A stretch of DNA of 62,544 nucleotides, counting the filler, from Nemertoderma westbladi (lineage: Eukaryota; Animalia; Xenacoelomorpha): the NCBI GenBank assembly GCA_032718475.1. It is 3 parts of 3 records of this genome, joined end to end, with 100 filler letters (N's around TTAATTAATTAA, not from the genome) between each part and the next. Parts side by side here need not be neighbours in the genome. Positions count along the whole stretch, not along the records: positions 1 to 25,644 come from JAUCBJ010008865.1; positions 25,745 to 54,281 come from JAUCBJ010005011.1; 1 more part is not named here. One strand, written 5' to 3'. The notes below the pieces were generated by a model that was not told where the DNA came from, ran no database searches, and saw only the letters and a list, made by a program, of their open reading frames with translations. A program made the translations under genes and the position numbers. Below are positions 22,599-35,133 of the stretch, piece by piece. The stretch's first letter is position 1, and each line of letters begins with the position of its first letter.

Positions 22599-22834
22599 CT
22601 GTAATGTTTGTAAGAAACGTTTCTCAACTTTCATGTATATTGGTAGACCCAATTGCTCCCTGGTTGCAGTTTAAACTAGTAAACTATATATGACGTTAGT
22701 TTTAGATTGAACTGCTATATGTCACTCAGTACTACAACTCTTGTTATAATGATTAATAAAGGTTGTCTAGGGACTGGCCTAGCGGCCCGATAAGGAACCG
22801 ATATTGTATTTCATAAAAACTGTCAATTGGTTGC

Positions 22835-23280
22835 GGTTACCAAGTTACAAATCTGAGTTTCTTGTTATATATCTGTGTTTCTGGTTACAAATCTGAGATT
22901 CCTGTAACAATTTAGTGTTCTCGGTTACAAATCGAAGCACCTTGGTACGAATCTGTTCTCACAATGAAATGAAATTAAATTGGAGTACCTTGTTACAAAT
23001 CTTAGTTTATGGTTGTGAATCTGACTTTCTGGTTTCGAATCTGAGTTATCATTTATTAATCTGAGAACCTGGTTACGAATTGGAGTTCCCAGTTACGAAT
23101 CTCGGTACCTGGTTACAAATCTGTGTTCCCACGTAAAATCAGTGTTTGGTTACAAAGATGAGCACCCAGTTACGAATTTATGTCTCTGGTTATGATTTGT
23201 AGTTACTGGTTACAAATCCGAGCACCCAGTTTTAAATCTGAGTTCCAGGTAATAAATTCAACTGCCCAGTTACAAATCTT
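22835..23280. repeat. Degenerate ~21-bp minisatellite (core GTTACAAATCTGAG), about 20 units
   Basis: Recurrent GGTTAC(A/G)AAT(C/T)TG at ~21-bp spacing. Confidence 0.85.
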
Positions 23281-24041
23281 CTAAGTGTCAGTTACCTTTT
23301 TATCAGCCAGCACTACCCATACTAATACTGTAATTTGCACATGTTGAGCATTTATACAAAAAATTTGCAACATGATAGTAAACAAAGTTAACAAACAATG
23401 AAAATCTGTTCCTAATAATTATTTAATTCGTTAGGCCAACATATATCCTGTCTAAATCAAAATAATAATACCGAAATAAACCGTGATGCATTTTACTCCA
23501 CCGTCAATTAATTTAAACAATGAAAAGGAACAAGACAATCTTTTTTAATCTTCTTCTATAATATTTAACGTCCACATCCGCTGTACAACGAATAGGTCAT
23601 TAAATTACTTTATTAGAATAAACCAAATTAAATATAAAGTTTAAAATTGAAAAAAAATCACTCTACGGCATAAAATTAATGTTTCAACCAAAATCACGAT
23701 TGTATAACATCCCGCATAGCAGCATAACATATTCTATTCAATCATAACATAATCAATAACTATGGGGCGAGCCACGAAGTGAATGAACCTTACAGTTTAT
23801 GGGAGCAGAGAGAGGGACAAATTGACATTGTCCCTCTCTCTGCCTGGATCAAATTTCGATCGTCAATATCTCATTAACAGCTCGTGGAAATTTGTTGAAA
23901 TGCATTATGTTTGTAGTGTGTAGTTAGTGTAACGGGATCAGGCATTTCGGGATTTCCACTCCCGGGATCCCGAATTTGGGAATCGGGATAATTTCGAATT
24001 AAATTTTAATTAATTAGATAAATGAAACGGGTTTTGGGTAA

Positions 24042-24307
24042 TGTAGGGATACCATCCAGCCCGGACTCATAACTACGTGGCTCGCCCCAATATGGGAGTC
24101 CTTGTGTATACACCAATATACTTTCAGTATCACGGGCAGACAACAGTCAGACAGTTTGGGACACTGTAGGTTGTACGTTGTGTACTGTACCGCAGTACAG
24201 TGACGCCTAGCTAACAGCAGCACCGCTTACCAGTTATAATAACAATTTACAAATACAATATGATTGCAGCCCGTTAGTTGTATTTTCCGACTCATCATAT
24301 TACCTCA
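24042..24307 (+). repeat. Complete 5' LTR (266 bp) of the Mag-like Gypsy element
   Basis: TGTAGGG...TACCTCA; matches 4894-5084; followed directly by a PBS. Confidence 0.9.
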
Positions 24308-24325
24308 TGGCGCAGTGTGTAGGAT
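24308..24325 (+). promoter_or_regulatory. Canonical tRNA primer-binding site (tRNA-Ser-like)
   Basis: TGGCGCAGTGTGTAGGAT is complementary to ...AUCCUACACACUGC-G-CCA, a tRNA 3' end with G discriminator. Confidence 0.75.
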
Positions 24326-24448
24326 ACTGCTACTGAGTTCAGCAGTTGAACCGCGGGAAGTTTCCCCATCCACCGGTACCACGCGACGTAGCTGCTATGC
24401 TGCTACTACGAGTAAGCCTACTGCCTACTGCTACTACCGCACAGCACG

Positions 24449-25644
24449 ATGTCCACACTTGGTCAAACACATCGCCTAGACGATACTGGTACACTTTCCG
24501 ACAACGAGAAATCGGGAAGCACAGAACCCGCTATCCAGAGCGACCTGGAACAAGTCCGCCTCCAGATGAAGCAGCAGCGTGCGGAAGCTGCTCAACGCGA
24601 GGCTGCTGCTGATGCCAGGGTATCGCAACTAACTCAGCTCCTTCTTTAATCAGCAGGACGCCGCATTGCAAAAACGGGCTGCTGCGGATGTGCAGATTAC
24701 GCAGCTACTCGCTGCACTCCTCCAGTGCACAGCACAGCTCCAGTGCCCCACGCCGAGGGACCGGTTTCCGTTCCGCAATCACATTGCCGCGTTATCGACC
24801 TTCAAGGACTGGAGAAGATAGACGGCAACATCGAGTTTACCTCGTTCCATCGGTGGCGCCAGGCCTTGCGGGTGCACGCGCACCGCCAGCAGGCCTCAAC
24901 CTTCCCACGCGACGAGCAGGTATACGCGCTCGTTTCTGCACTCGGGCGGGACGTACAGCAGACTCTCACAGTCACTCTTGCTGTCGACATCGACCACACC
25001 GACACCACGACCGAGTTCATCCTCGACGCCTTATAGATGCACCTCTGGTCTAAGCGCCGCATTGCCATCGACGGAATTAAATTTCGTGACCGGAGGCAGG
25101 GCCCGAACGAATCGTTCGATTCGTTCTGGATTGCCCTCGAGGAACTCGCCAACGACGCTGAACTCTGCAGTTAACTGCCTGAACTGGCAGATCGTGACCC
25201 AGATCCTCATTGGAATCCGGTCTTCCGAGACACAAACTGAGCTGCTGAAGGTCCTTCCCCAACCAACTCTCGAAGACTGCGTTCACATCTGCCAGTCTCT
25301 CGAGGCGACTGAGCGCAATGACACGATCATCGGCCGCAGTAAGCTGATCGCCAAGGTGACATCTGCCTACAAACTCAGACGGGGCCCTATCCAGCAGCCG
25401 TCCATATCGCGATCATCCAGTGCCGCGGGTGCACCTGCTGTAGAAGGAAGCACCCTACGGGGAGAGCGAACTGTCCAGCTAAGGACGCACAGTGCAAACA
25501 ATGCGGCAGGGTCGGCCACTTCAAGGGGAGCTGCCGATCTGGTCCCGACCCCGGAGGTAAACCCAAGACTAAGGAGCCATCAGGGGTCAACACGATTACA
25601 GGAGGCGGAGCGACAATAAACTCAATCAGCTTCGCGTGCGTTCT
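24449..25644 (+). pseudogene. gag: Gypsy (Mag-like) gag, with stops and frameshifts, cut by the contig end
   Basis: FRDRRQGPNESFDSFWIALEELA; QILIGIRSSETQTELLK...LEDCVHIC; knuckles C..C...H......CPA and CKQCGRVGHFKGSC. Confidence 0.85.
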
Positions 25645-25744
25645 NNNNNNNNNNNNNNNNNNNNNNNNNNNNNNNNNNNNNNNNNNNNTTAATTAATTAA
25701 NNNNNNNNNNNNNNNNNNNNNNNNNNNNNNNNNNNNNNNNNNNN
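25645..25744. other. Artificial contig spacer
   Basis: 44 N + TTAATTAATTAA (stops in all six frames) + 44 N. Confidence 0.97.
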
Positions 25745-26619
25745 AGGGAATGAGGAGGTCTGATCGAGTATTCCGGAACTCTGATCATTGGTTTATTTAA
25801 GGATCGTCTGAGTCGAACGAGCGTAGGTGATACGTCAAACAAATTTCGCTCGAAACTCCCGTAAGTATAGCGAGTAAAACCGTGTTTAATACAACGTCTC
25901 CACGGATGTTTAGGTCTTTCCGTTTGTTGGTTGGGTCTAGGGCATCCATCGCAACAACACCAAAGACGCACGTCTTGTAGGGGAAACTCGAGTGATCTTT
26001 CTCCAGTTCACAATACTCCTCCATCCGTTCGAAGCTATCCGGTGCAACAGGCAGCGGTCGATCAGCGGTAAGATACATCACAGTGGAATAGAGCCGTTTG
26101 AGTTCTACCATGCGGTCATGATGTATACTTGGAGGATATCGAGTTTCTAGATTCTGTTGACTGGTAATATTGAGATATGTTTCTCTCAAGAATTCCAGAT
26201 ATTTTGGTGAAGTCGCTGCGTTTATCCGGCTCTTCAACATCTTCACTTTCGAGTCGGTTTCGAATAGAATTTTCGTGTTCGAGTCTCAGTTTATCGTTCC
26301 GCTTCCGCTGGGTATGATATTTAAATAAAACCATTTCCCTTTTGGTGTCTATATCGTTCGTATCGTGTAGGTCGATAGGATGACCAGTAGTTAAGAAGTC
26401 CATATACATACCATTACGATGCGTATAGCGAGCGGTAAATTTTCTACAGTCCAACCCACGCGCAAGTTGCTCCCGGGAGATTGGCGGTTAGATATAACGA
26501 CCATCGTCCTCCGTAGTAGTTGGACCAGCGTCGCCGCGTATCAAGCTATCAACAAACGCTTGTAAAGGTAGAGTATATCGCTCCCTGATACCAAGATCAT
26601 CATCTATCAACTCAATCAT
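25745..26619 (-). pseudogene. Orphan second ORF of copy C (partial, with an extra frameshift near 26205)
   Basis: Near-identical to 8777-9650, including the in-frame TAA (26488-26490). Confidence 0.55.
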
Positions 26620-28270
26620 ATCTGCTATATAAGTTTATCCATATTATAATGAGTTTATATTTAGGCGAGCGGGCGTCGCTGCCTACCCCTCTCTGCCCCC
26701 GGACAGTGCGAGATCCTCAGCGCTGGTGTACTTTCGCCGATGTGCCTATCGCCAACGTCGTAGCTGCACAACGACTACAACAACCAGCACGAGCCACTCC
26801 ACCGTCCGTCCCAAAGGCTTAGATATACTTCAGGTTCTTACTGGAGAGTTAGGGTTACTTTCACAATTGCGACTCGCTACTGTAAACACACCTTAGTAGT
26901 AACATTCACCTACAAACGCACAAATTCCACGTAACTGTCACAAATGGTACACATTCTATCACACATTCGGGTCATTTGTCCGTTAGTCAAGTGCCTTCCA
27001 GAATGTCACGTTGTTATTATGTATCCTTGGATTCTAGCGGTGTGCTATTTATTCCGTATGCTATTCAATGAGCAAGCTTTTTATTGTTCTGTTAACTCGC
27101 TTCTAATTCTAGCGTGGTTGTTGCCATGGTGACATTATGGAAAGCTAGCGGTAGAATTAGGGTAATTCTCATGCATACAGATCTGGGATGCTATTTAATA
27201 GTAATTCTTTAATGGTCCAATATCTCGTTTATATATGATTTTATAAATTTTATCGGCTATTGACTCATACATGGGAGATTCTCACACTCTAACACACTTA
27301 ATAGGATGAATCTCCGCTCCCGTGATCTATTAATTAATGGGATTTTGGGAATGTTATAAATTGCACAGAATGACAATTTATTAAGTTCATTAAAATATGA
27401 ATTTAAATTTATTCCCTGAAATTTTATTATTTGATAGTACAATTGACACAATTTGATTCCAGAGCAGGTCTGGGGACATAGGATCCTTAATTCTATGAAA
27501 ATTGTCTTTTAAGAGTATCGGTAAGTGCTACGATATCTTAATCGACTAGAATTGTTAAAGGATTTTACAGATTTTGATTTATAGATTTGTAAATATTAAA
27601 TAATTAATATTTGAGATGGGCACCAATTTATTCCAGAACTTGTCTGGGGACGTTAACCACTGATTCTAGAATTTTGTCTTTCAAGTATATCGGTGGGTGC
27701 CGCGATATCTTAATCGACTAGAATTGCAGATGGTCAAAGGGTTTAACAGATTTATTTTGCGTTTTACGCTACTGTTAAAGGGACATCACGCTACTATATG
27801 TATTATTTAATATACGGTATGAGAGCAATATCGCACGAAGCAATGTCAGTGTGAAGAGGCAAGTCGTTTCCAAGGTCTACCCAGAGCTTGGTTTAGCCGA
27901 GACACGAGGATCTGAACTTTGCATTCCTAATACTCTGCTTACCAATAATACTTAAATATAGTAGGAGCTTTATTGTACTTTAATAAGTACGGATATTTCA
28001 TCTTACTGTAGTCACATATTTATAATATGATACGGACAGTAAGGAAAGAGAAAATAATTATTTCTCGCCGTCGCACTAAATATAATATACATAATTAACT
28101 AATAAACGCGAATATATTGCACTAATCTACTAAATAATCGCTAAAATAACATTCTACTAAATAAAATTAAAGAAAACGATTATAATAAAATTACATAATA
28201 ATACATACATAATATAAAATAATAAAAAACAAATATAAATAATATAGTCACACACCCGCTCCATATGTTG

Positions 28271-31200
28271 TTACGTTATGGAGTCCCTAGATATTTGTCG
28301 GATTAGGGAAGTGGTCGTGGGAAGAGTATCTTGCCTTCCATAGTTTCCGGACAGTTTTCGGTCTCTTTCCGGTAAACATAAACGACCAGCTGGGCGATTG
28401 AGTGGTTGTGTTACTTTCTCCGCTCCCTTGGCCTGTCTAATCTTCACCGGGGTAAGATGAGGAGGCCATTCATCTTCTTTACTTAGGAAGTCGGGTCCAC
28501 CTAACCGGTCTGGAGTATCTGTAAGTTCTTGAGGAGTTGCTCCTCTGGAAGTGATGTCGGCTAGATTGATCGTCTCGGGGCAATGTCTCCATTGATCTAC
28601 ATTGGAGTTGATGTCGTCATTATCTGAGGAGTATGGTGTTCCCTCTGTTGGGTCGTCAACTTCACTGCTCTCCACTTCCCGTTCACTTAATTGATATACC
28701 TGTTCTTTTGGTAATCTTTCCATAAGAGTTCTACGGGAAGGGCCAGTAAAGTACCAACCCACTCTAGTTCTTCCCACATAAGCTTGTAGTGGTTGCGGTT
28801 GAGCGGGCCGTTTCTCCAATGTCTCGAGCGCTTCTTGCGCGTTTTGACCGATGAGTATTTGCACTCCAGGGTAATCGTTGTTGAATCTAGGTATTTCCAG
28901 CTGCTGGGTGAAATCGTCCTCATCCCAGTTATAAGGTTCCACTTGGGTGGTAGCGAAGTTCTTTATCGCCACCATTTTTACTGACCTTATACTATGTTCT
29001 CCTAGTTCATCCTGGGGGGTGGACAATGCACCTACATAATAATCCGCGATTACTGTAGATTTCCAAACCTGCATAATTCCTGACATGTTTAGCTTAGTTC
29101 GGAACTTGGGTTGTCCAGCAAAGATGTCTTCGGCTAGTTCTTTGTCGATGAATGTTCCTGTACTACCGGAGTCAAGGAGGGCGTTCACTACATAACTCCT
29201 TTTAGGTCCGTGGACCCTTACCTGTACTACAGGAAATTCTCGGATTCCTACATTGGAAGATGGCGCTTTCCAAGATGGTTGTCGATCAGAAGTAGTTAGA
29301 GTGAGGTCGCTGTCTGTATCCTTTTCATACGTGAGTGCTCGATACACTGCGGTATTTATTAAGCAACAGGATTCGTTTTCGTCTGAGAATTCGTCCGTAT
29401 AGAATCCTTCCATTTCAGAAATTTGGTCGGAGAATTCGTCCGTATAGAATCCTTCCATCTCAGAACTTTGGTCAGTGTCGTTCACATCACTGAATTGGAC
29501 ATGTAGTTTGGACTCACTTACCTGACTCGGGCTGTTTCTTTCGAATTCGGTGTGCAACAAAATATGATGTTTCGCGCCGCACTTCGCACACCTTGCGTCG
29601 GAGTAACAGGTTCGCCGTTGGTGTCCTCGTCTGAGACAATTATAACACAACCGCTTATCCCACATGACTTCACGTCTATCCTTTAATGATTTCTTTAGGA
29701 ATTTATCACACATATTCAAACGGTGGGGCCCGTCGCACAACACACATTTGGGCTTGATGTTACTTACTTTAACATGTGCTGTGTGGTGCACGCTCATTCT
29801 TTCCTCAGGCTTTCTCACCTGAATTCTCTTGGGAGACGTAGGAGGAGTTTTTCTTACCTGTTCTCTCCTGTCATTGGTTCGAGACTTGAATTTACTTACC
29901 TGGTCTTTAGGCGTTTTATTGACATAATAAGATCTTTCAGTGTCTTTCCCGCTATCCTCTCCTTGAGAAGTCTGGCTTTCGCCGTCGTCTGTATAACACA
30001 CTGGTGTTACCCTTCTCCTAGAGACGGGTTTCTCACTTACCTTGTTTTCCGGTGTCTTCTCTCTGGACTGCCTTAGGAGCTGTAATTTCACTTCTCCATC
30101 TAAGAATGACATGAGATCAGCCATGGTAGGGTCTCGTTGTTGTTGTTCCATCATATATAACACTTTCTTGTCCCAGCGTGTACCTACTCCACCCTTGGGC
30201 AAAGTAGATGCTAAGGCTCCTACAACCATAGAATTCTGGTATTCATGAGACTTACCTAACCAATCTAGTTGTCTACAGATCTCCTGAATCTCGTCGGAAA
30301 ACTCTATATTCCCGCTGCTAAGAAACTTTCGGGGCGCCGTTAATTTTGCATACAAATACCTAGCTATGTTATTCCTATTACCATACCTGATGTTTAGTGT
30401 ATCCCAAACTTGTCTTAATCCGTCTGGATGTCCAATAAACTTTAACGCCATCAACTTGGGAGATCCTTCCAAGCACTCGATGAGGAATCTAAGTTTCTCT
30501 CCGTTAGATAGCACAGAATTCTGTATGTTATCTTTGTAATATTCATTAAAAGGTAACCATTTCATCTCATCTCCATTAAACTTGACGATCTCTCCAACCT
30601 TTACCGCTTGACGGGCTTCGGTTCTAGCCATTTGACGCGTAAAACTTTCTTGAGCCATCGTATTATTGAATATAGAATTATCGGTATATAAATTTCTCGG
30701 ATTATGATCAGGTCTATATGGAATATTATTATCAACAGGTTTATAATTACCCTGAATAGGGTTTACTATAGGAGTTTCTACTTCACTAGCAGTATAGATG
30801 CGTGTAGGCTCCACACCTTGCGCATGAAATACTTCAGACCTAACAGGTTGACACATTGTTACAGAGGGTGGTGGTATACCCTTTTGTAAATTTACTAACT
30901 TATCGCGTTCTGACGCGATACTCTGCTGCACTTCTTGCAACGCTAACCTACCCTCTCTTACTGCTCCCTTTAACTGCTGAACAGTCCCTTCCAACTCCCG
31001 GACCTGCTGGGCGGAACATTTACAATGTTCCCTCAGCTGCCCGAGCAGGAGACCCATCTCCCGTCGTCCCTCAGCTACCCACTCAACCGCCGAAGCGGGA
31101 GTCGCCAACGTAGTAGCGGGCAAGCGAGAGACGACGGGCGATAAATTCCTGATATCTCGCTCGGCGTCCAGGATGGGTTCGGACTCGGGAACAGTCTTAC

Positions 31201-31696
31201 TGGGCACAGGTAGTTTCGTGCTGTGCAAAGGGAATTTAGAGGTAGGTTCTGGGAGTACAGGTGTCTCTATCACCGAAGGGGTGGCTTCGAGAACAGGCCT
31301 AATTATTTCAGGCTCATATACTATAGTAGGGAGTCTTTCTACTGTAATAATTTGGTCTGTGGGTTCTGTACTACCTAAGTCTGTGCTAGCTAGTCTCACC
31401 GCAGGAGGCAAATTAGGTAACTTCGGACAGTGTGGCATTCTTCTACGCCTGCTTGAACGAGATTTATTACCTCTACTTTCGGGATCTCTTATATCACCTT
31501 CATCGGAGGAGGCAAATAACTGTCTTCTGGTTTGTCTCCTCAAGTCTGCTTCTGCCACTGCCTCTGCCGCTTTTCTTTCCGCTTCTGCCGCTGCTACTTT
31601 TCTTTCCGCTTCTGCAGCTGCCGCTGCTGCTGCTTTTCTGTCTTCTATCCTTTCAAGACACTGTCCAAGTCGAAGACTCATTCTAACACCTTTCAA
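28271..31696 (-). CDS. gag-pro: Uninterrupted BEL/Pao Gag-protease-RNase H stub polyprotein (~1140 aa)
   Basis: Same motifs as copy B in one open frame; the ATG used in B (MSDTKR) is ATA here, so the true start is uncertain; internal duplication of SEMEGFYTDEFSD. Confidence 0.92.
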   Translation of the reverse strand: MKGVRMSLRLGQCLERIEDRKAAAAAAAEAERKVAAAEAERKAAEAVAEADLRRQTRRQLFASSDEGDIRDPESRGNKSRSSRRRRMPHCPKLPNLPPAVRLASTDLGSTEPTDQIITVERLPTIVYEPEIIRPVLEATPSVIETPVLPEPTSKFPLHSTKLPVPSKTVPESEPILDAERDIRNLSPVVSRLPATTLATPASAVEWVAEGRREMGLLLGQLREHCKCSAQQVRELEGTVQQLKGAVREGRLALQEVQQSIASERDKLVNLQKGIPPPSVTMCQPVRSEVFHAQGVEPTRIYTASEVETPIVNPIQGNYKPVDNNIPYRPDHNPRNLYTDNSIFNNTMAQESFTRQMARTEARQAVKVGEIVKFNGDEMKWLPFNEYYKDNIQNSVLSNGEKLRFLIECLEGSPKLMALKFIGHPDGLRQVWDTLNIRYGNRNNIARYLYAKLTAPRKFLSSGNIEFSDEIQEICRQLDWLGKSHEYQNSMVVGALASTLPKGGVGTRWDKKVLYMMEQQQRDPTMADLMSFLDGEVKLQLLRQSREKTPENKVSEKPVSRRRVTPVCYTDDGESQTSQGEDSGKDTERSYYVNKTPKDQVSKFKSRTNDRREQVRKTPPTSPKRIQVRKPEERMSVHHTAHVKVSNIKPKCVLCDGPHRLNMCDKFLKKSLKDRREVMWDKRLCYNCLRRGHQRRTCYSDARCAKCGAKHHILLHTEFERNSPSQVSESKLHVQFSDVNDTDQSSEMEGFYTDEFSDQISEMEGFYTDEFSDENESCCLINTAVYRALTYEKDTDSDLTLTTSDRQPSWKAPSSNVGIREFPVVQVRVHGPKRSYVVNALLDSGSTGTFIDKELAEDIFAGQPKFRTKLNMSGIMQVWKSTVIADYYVGALSTPQDELGEHSIRSVKMVAIKNFATTQVEPYNWDEDDFTQQLEIPRFNNDYPGVQILIGQNAQEALETLEKRPAQPQPLQAYVGRTRVGWYFTGPSRRTLMERLPKEQVYQLSEREVESSEVDDPTEGTPYSSDNDDINSNVDQWRHCPETINLADITSRGATPQELTDTPDRLGGPDFLSKEDEWPPHLTPVKIRQAKGAEKVTQPLNRPAGRLCLPERDRKLSGNYGRQDTLPTTTSLIRQISRDSIT

Positions 31697-33906
31697 AAGA
31701 CTATCTGACAGTGCCCGTTTTGTGTCAGATATATTTGTTTGTACAGTTGAATGCCTACTGCTATATTACAGTTTAAGCAAGTCTCGTAATTCAGTATCAC
31801 TGTTAGCCTAGTAATTAATTACCGATACTGCTACTCAGTGTAGCGTGATATATATATAATATATCAGAATACTGGTATGCTTATAATATATATAAGTATT
31901 ATTACAGACTAGGTTTGTCACAGAATAACGGTATATAATTTTAGCACAAATATATATAAATATATAATAGGCCTATCGTGAATACCGGCATACAGCTTAC
32001 ACCTATAGTATATATAAGTATAATTATGGACTAGAATCAATTACAGAATACCGGTATAATTACCGCCTAAATTTATAGAAATAAATATAATAAGCCTATT
32101 GTAAATACCGGTATATCAATTATTTTAGAATAATTGAATTTCTGAAATTTTAGGGGTTACTTGGTTACTTTAACTTACTTTATTACCGTTATTTAAGCAG
32201 TAGTCCAACTGATATTGAGACCTAATTGTTGTATGGCAGGCCTACTATTTATAAATCGTTTGAGTTGATTTATAATATATATACCCGTTAAAATGGGTTT
32301 TTGTCAATATTTGAAATAAATGTTATTATTTCTGGGGGAGTCACTACACAGAAGCTGTGCGCTCTCAGTGGAGTGCTACTTGTTGGACACTAAAACAAAT
32401 AATTCTAATTTACCTAAGTTACTTAATACTACAAATTACGTACAATTCGGGTTGAGATTACAATCTCTAAATAAACACAAAAATTTACAAGTACGAATTT
32501 TTAGGGTGATTTTACAAGAATTCTACAAACCAGCCTAACAAAGGGTTAGAATACCTGGTTATTACAACGGACAGGGTACTACGGTATTTGAAAATAATAA
32601 GTAGTAGTAAATATACTGCGTTGTCCAGATAGGAAAATACCACCGTCTGACGACCTATAGCCGTATCGCTATAGGTACTACGTTATGTATCACGGAGTGT
32701 TCCTACCCAGAAGTTAATTACCGTGGTCTACCAGAACCAACGTGCCTATTAACCACTTTACAACACAAATATACTGCCTACACACTAATTACCTTCGGAA
32801 AGCACTGTACACTAAACCCTAAATTAGGTACAAGTACTTGTACAACAAATAATCAGTAGTTAAAAATACTTGAACAGCTAAAAGAACCACGGTATCTGCC
32901 GGAGTGACCAAAGCATAAAATCTCCAGTCTTTACCTACGCCAAGCAGCCCTGATGTAGTACCGGGGTTAGTTTAACTATAACGGTATGTATAACAAGCAC
33001 AATTACTGTAGGGATAAACTTGGGGATATGAATGTTGCGAATAATCGCATAAACTCTGAATAATAAATATTACGCTACGCGTACCGACTACTCAAACAAA
33101 ATGCAGACCAAATACTGACAGACTACTATCAAGCCTAAACAAACTATGGTATATGCAGACTCCGAAATGGTTAGTTAGTATGCATTCTAATCGAGTAGTA
33201 CGACTTATTCTTTCAAAAAGGGGGTTTACCTCACAGCACTGGAAGCCCCTACATTCCCAACTGGCACTTTATCGGACATATACTCTACACACGCCGAAAT
33301 CTCCTCAGACCTAATAACAGCTAGGCAAAATCCAGCCTACAAATTATCTAAGTAAGAAATATTACGCTACCCATACAAACTACACAAACAAAATACAGAC
33401 CAAACGCTGGCAGACTACTATTAAGCCTAAATAAACTACAGGACATCTCCGAAATGGTTAGTTAGTATGCGTTCTAACCTAGTAGTACGACTTATTCTTT
33501 CGGTGGGGGATTTACCTTACAGCTCTGGCTGCCCCTACTTTTCTAACCGGCACTTTATCGGACATACACTCTACATGCACTGCAATCCGTTCAGACTTAA
33601 CAACAGTTAGACAACAGTCTAGCCTACAAATTATCTGTACAATCTGAGCAGGCTTACACGCCTTCTGCTCAATATTAGCCTATTAGTAAATAAAACCGAC
33701 AGAAATAAGTAAACTATACAAAGGAATGAGGGGTGATCAATCCCTAATCCCCTAGCAGCCCACAATATACAATATCACAATCGAAATAGTACTGCTGTAC
33801 CCGTACTGTAAGTAAGTACCGGTCCGGATGATCAGGCAGTCAGGCCTACTGGTTACCGGTCGACCGGTACTATCAACTTGATTGCTTACGCCACAATCAA
33901 GAAGCA

Positions 33907-33917
33907 ATAACTGTTAC
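33907..33917 (-). promoter_or_regulatory. Non-tRNA primer-binding site of copy C
   Basis: ATAACTGTTAC abuts the LTR; complement GTAACAGTTAT at 34676-34686. Confidence 0.75.
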
Positions 33918-35133
33918 TGTTCGCGCTTTTAAGACCTTTGGCAGTTTAACCCGCCAAATCTATATGTCTTTTAGGTTATAAATCGACTTTAGCCTATGAC
34001 AAGTATTTGACACAAATAAATCCAACATTAGCCGAAGCCAGTCTATGCGCGACCATTCACCCGCTGGATATACCCGGGAGACTGGATTCGGATGCTTTAA
34101 TTTGATTGCGGTGCAGGCCTACCGTACTATTCGATTGATCGTTAATATATAATCTCTGACAAATATTATTCACTTTCGGGAAATATTAGCAGTTCCTTTA
34201 GGACGTGGCGCTCTATCTATATAAACAGAGCTATGGCTTACACTAAACACAACGAATGGATTATAAGTTACACATAAGGCGCATTCTTTAGGACATGCTT
34301 TGTTACGCGGACAAGCACATACAGACTATTGCACACCGCTGCACACTGAATTGCCGATAGTCACTGATTTTAATCATATATAAAGAGAATAGCAACCGGC
34401 ATTTGTAGGGCCTATAAAATAGCATTCAATTCACTACACACTACAAACCACGATAATATAAGCCGCAATTGCTATATGTAGCCGGTCTCTCTAACCTTAG
34501 TGTATCAAGAAGATCGGGGTTTCTGATCGTTTATAGTTATTCTCCAAATAACAATATGCAAACGAATGATACATTTAATAACAAACAGCAAATAGCAGTA
34601 AATAATGTGCAATACAGCAGTAGGTACCGTACGTACTGCTGTACCGTTAAATAATACCAGTACCGTGCCACTGCGGTAACAGTTATGTGTTCTTATAATT
34701 AAAGTCGTTCTAATGTTGGAATAATTCAGAATAATTCCATGGCCGATGTTCATGGCATCAGGAAAACCAACACACTGAACCCTGTGAGTTGCTGCAGGTA
34801 GATTTCAACACAGAAAGGAAAAGCTCTCATTGGCAGAGCATCAGATTCCGCAGGTTCCACGAATGTCTAAATGCCTAACTATCAGGGTTTTTGCAGCCCT
34901 TGGCCAGCACACAAAATGAGTCACTCCGCTCGGTTGCTCTGGTTGCATACTCTGTTGTTATAGCTCTGGTTGGCCGATCGAACGTAACAAAGAGGCCGTC
35001 GCTAGGCAAATCAGCCAATCAGCCGGTAGCTTTCATCCTTTGAGTTAGGGAGCTTTTTAGAGTATTCCAGCGCCTTGGGGGGGAACTGGATTGCGGAGCA
35101 AAGGGCCAGTTATATCCCACAAAAGCTTTTACA
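33918..35133 (-). repeat. 5' LTR of copy C (1216 bp)
   Basis: Mostly near-identical to the B LTR up to ~34800, diverged in the right-hand (U3-like) part. Confidence 0.95.

Larger units (their letters stand above)
25745..35133 (-). mobile_element. BEL/Pao-derived LTR element, copy C (3' end lost at contig edge)
   Basis: Collinear with copy B from ~8777 to the 5' LTR; LTR 33918-35133; right flank TGTGG. Confidence 0.95.

Noticed and set aside
22835-23280. CRISPR-like array
   Set aside because: Degenerate head-to-tail minisatellite with no unique spacers, in eukaryotic DNA with no cas genes
25689-25700. TTAATTAATTAA palindrome inside N runs (also 54326-54337)
   Set aside because: Synthetic six-frame-stop linker between contigs
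24042-35133. Copy C inserted into the Gypsy gag
   Set aside because: The junction is an artificial spacer and the right flank of C (TGTGG...) is not Gypsy sequence
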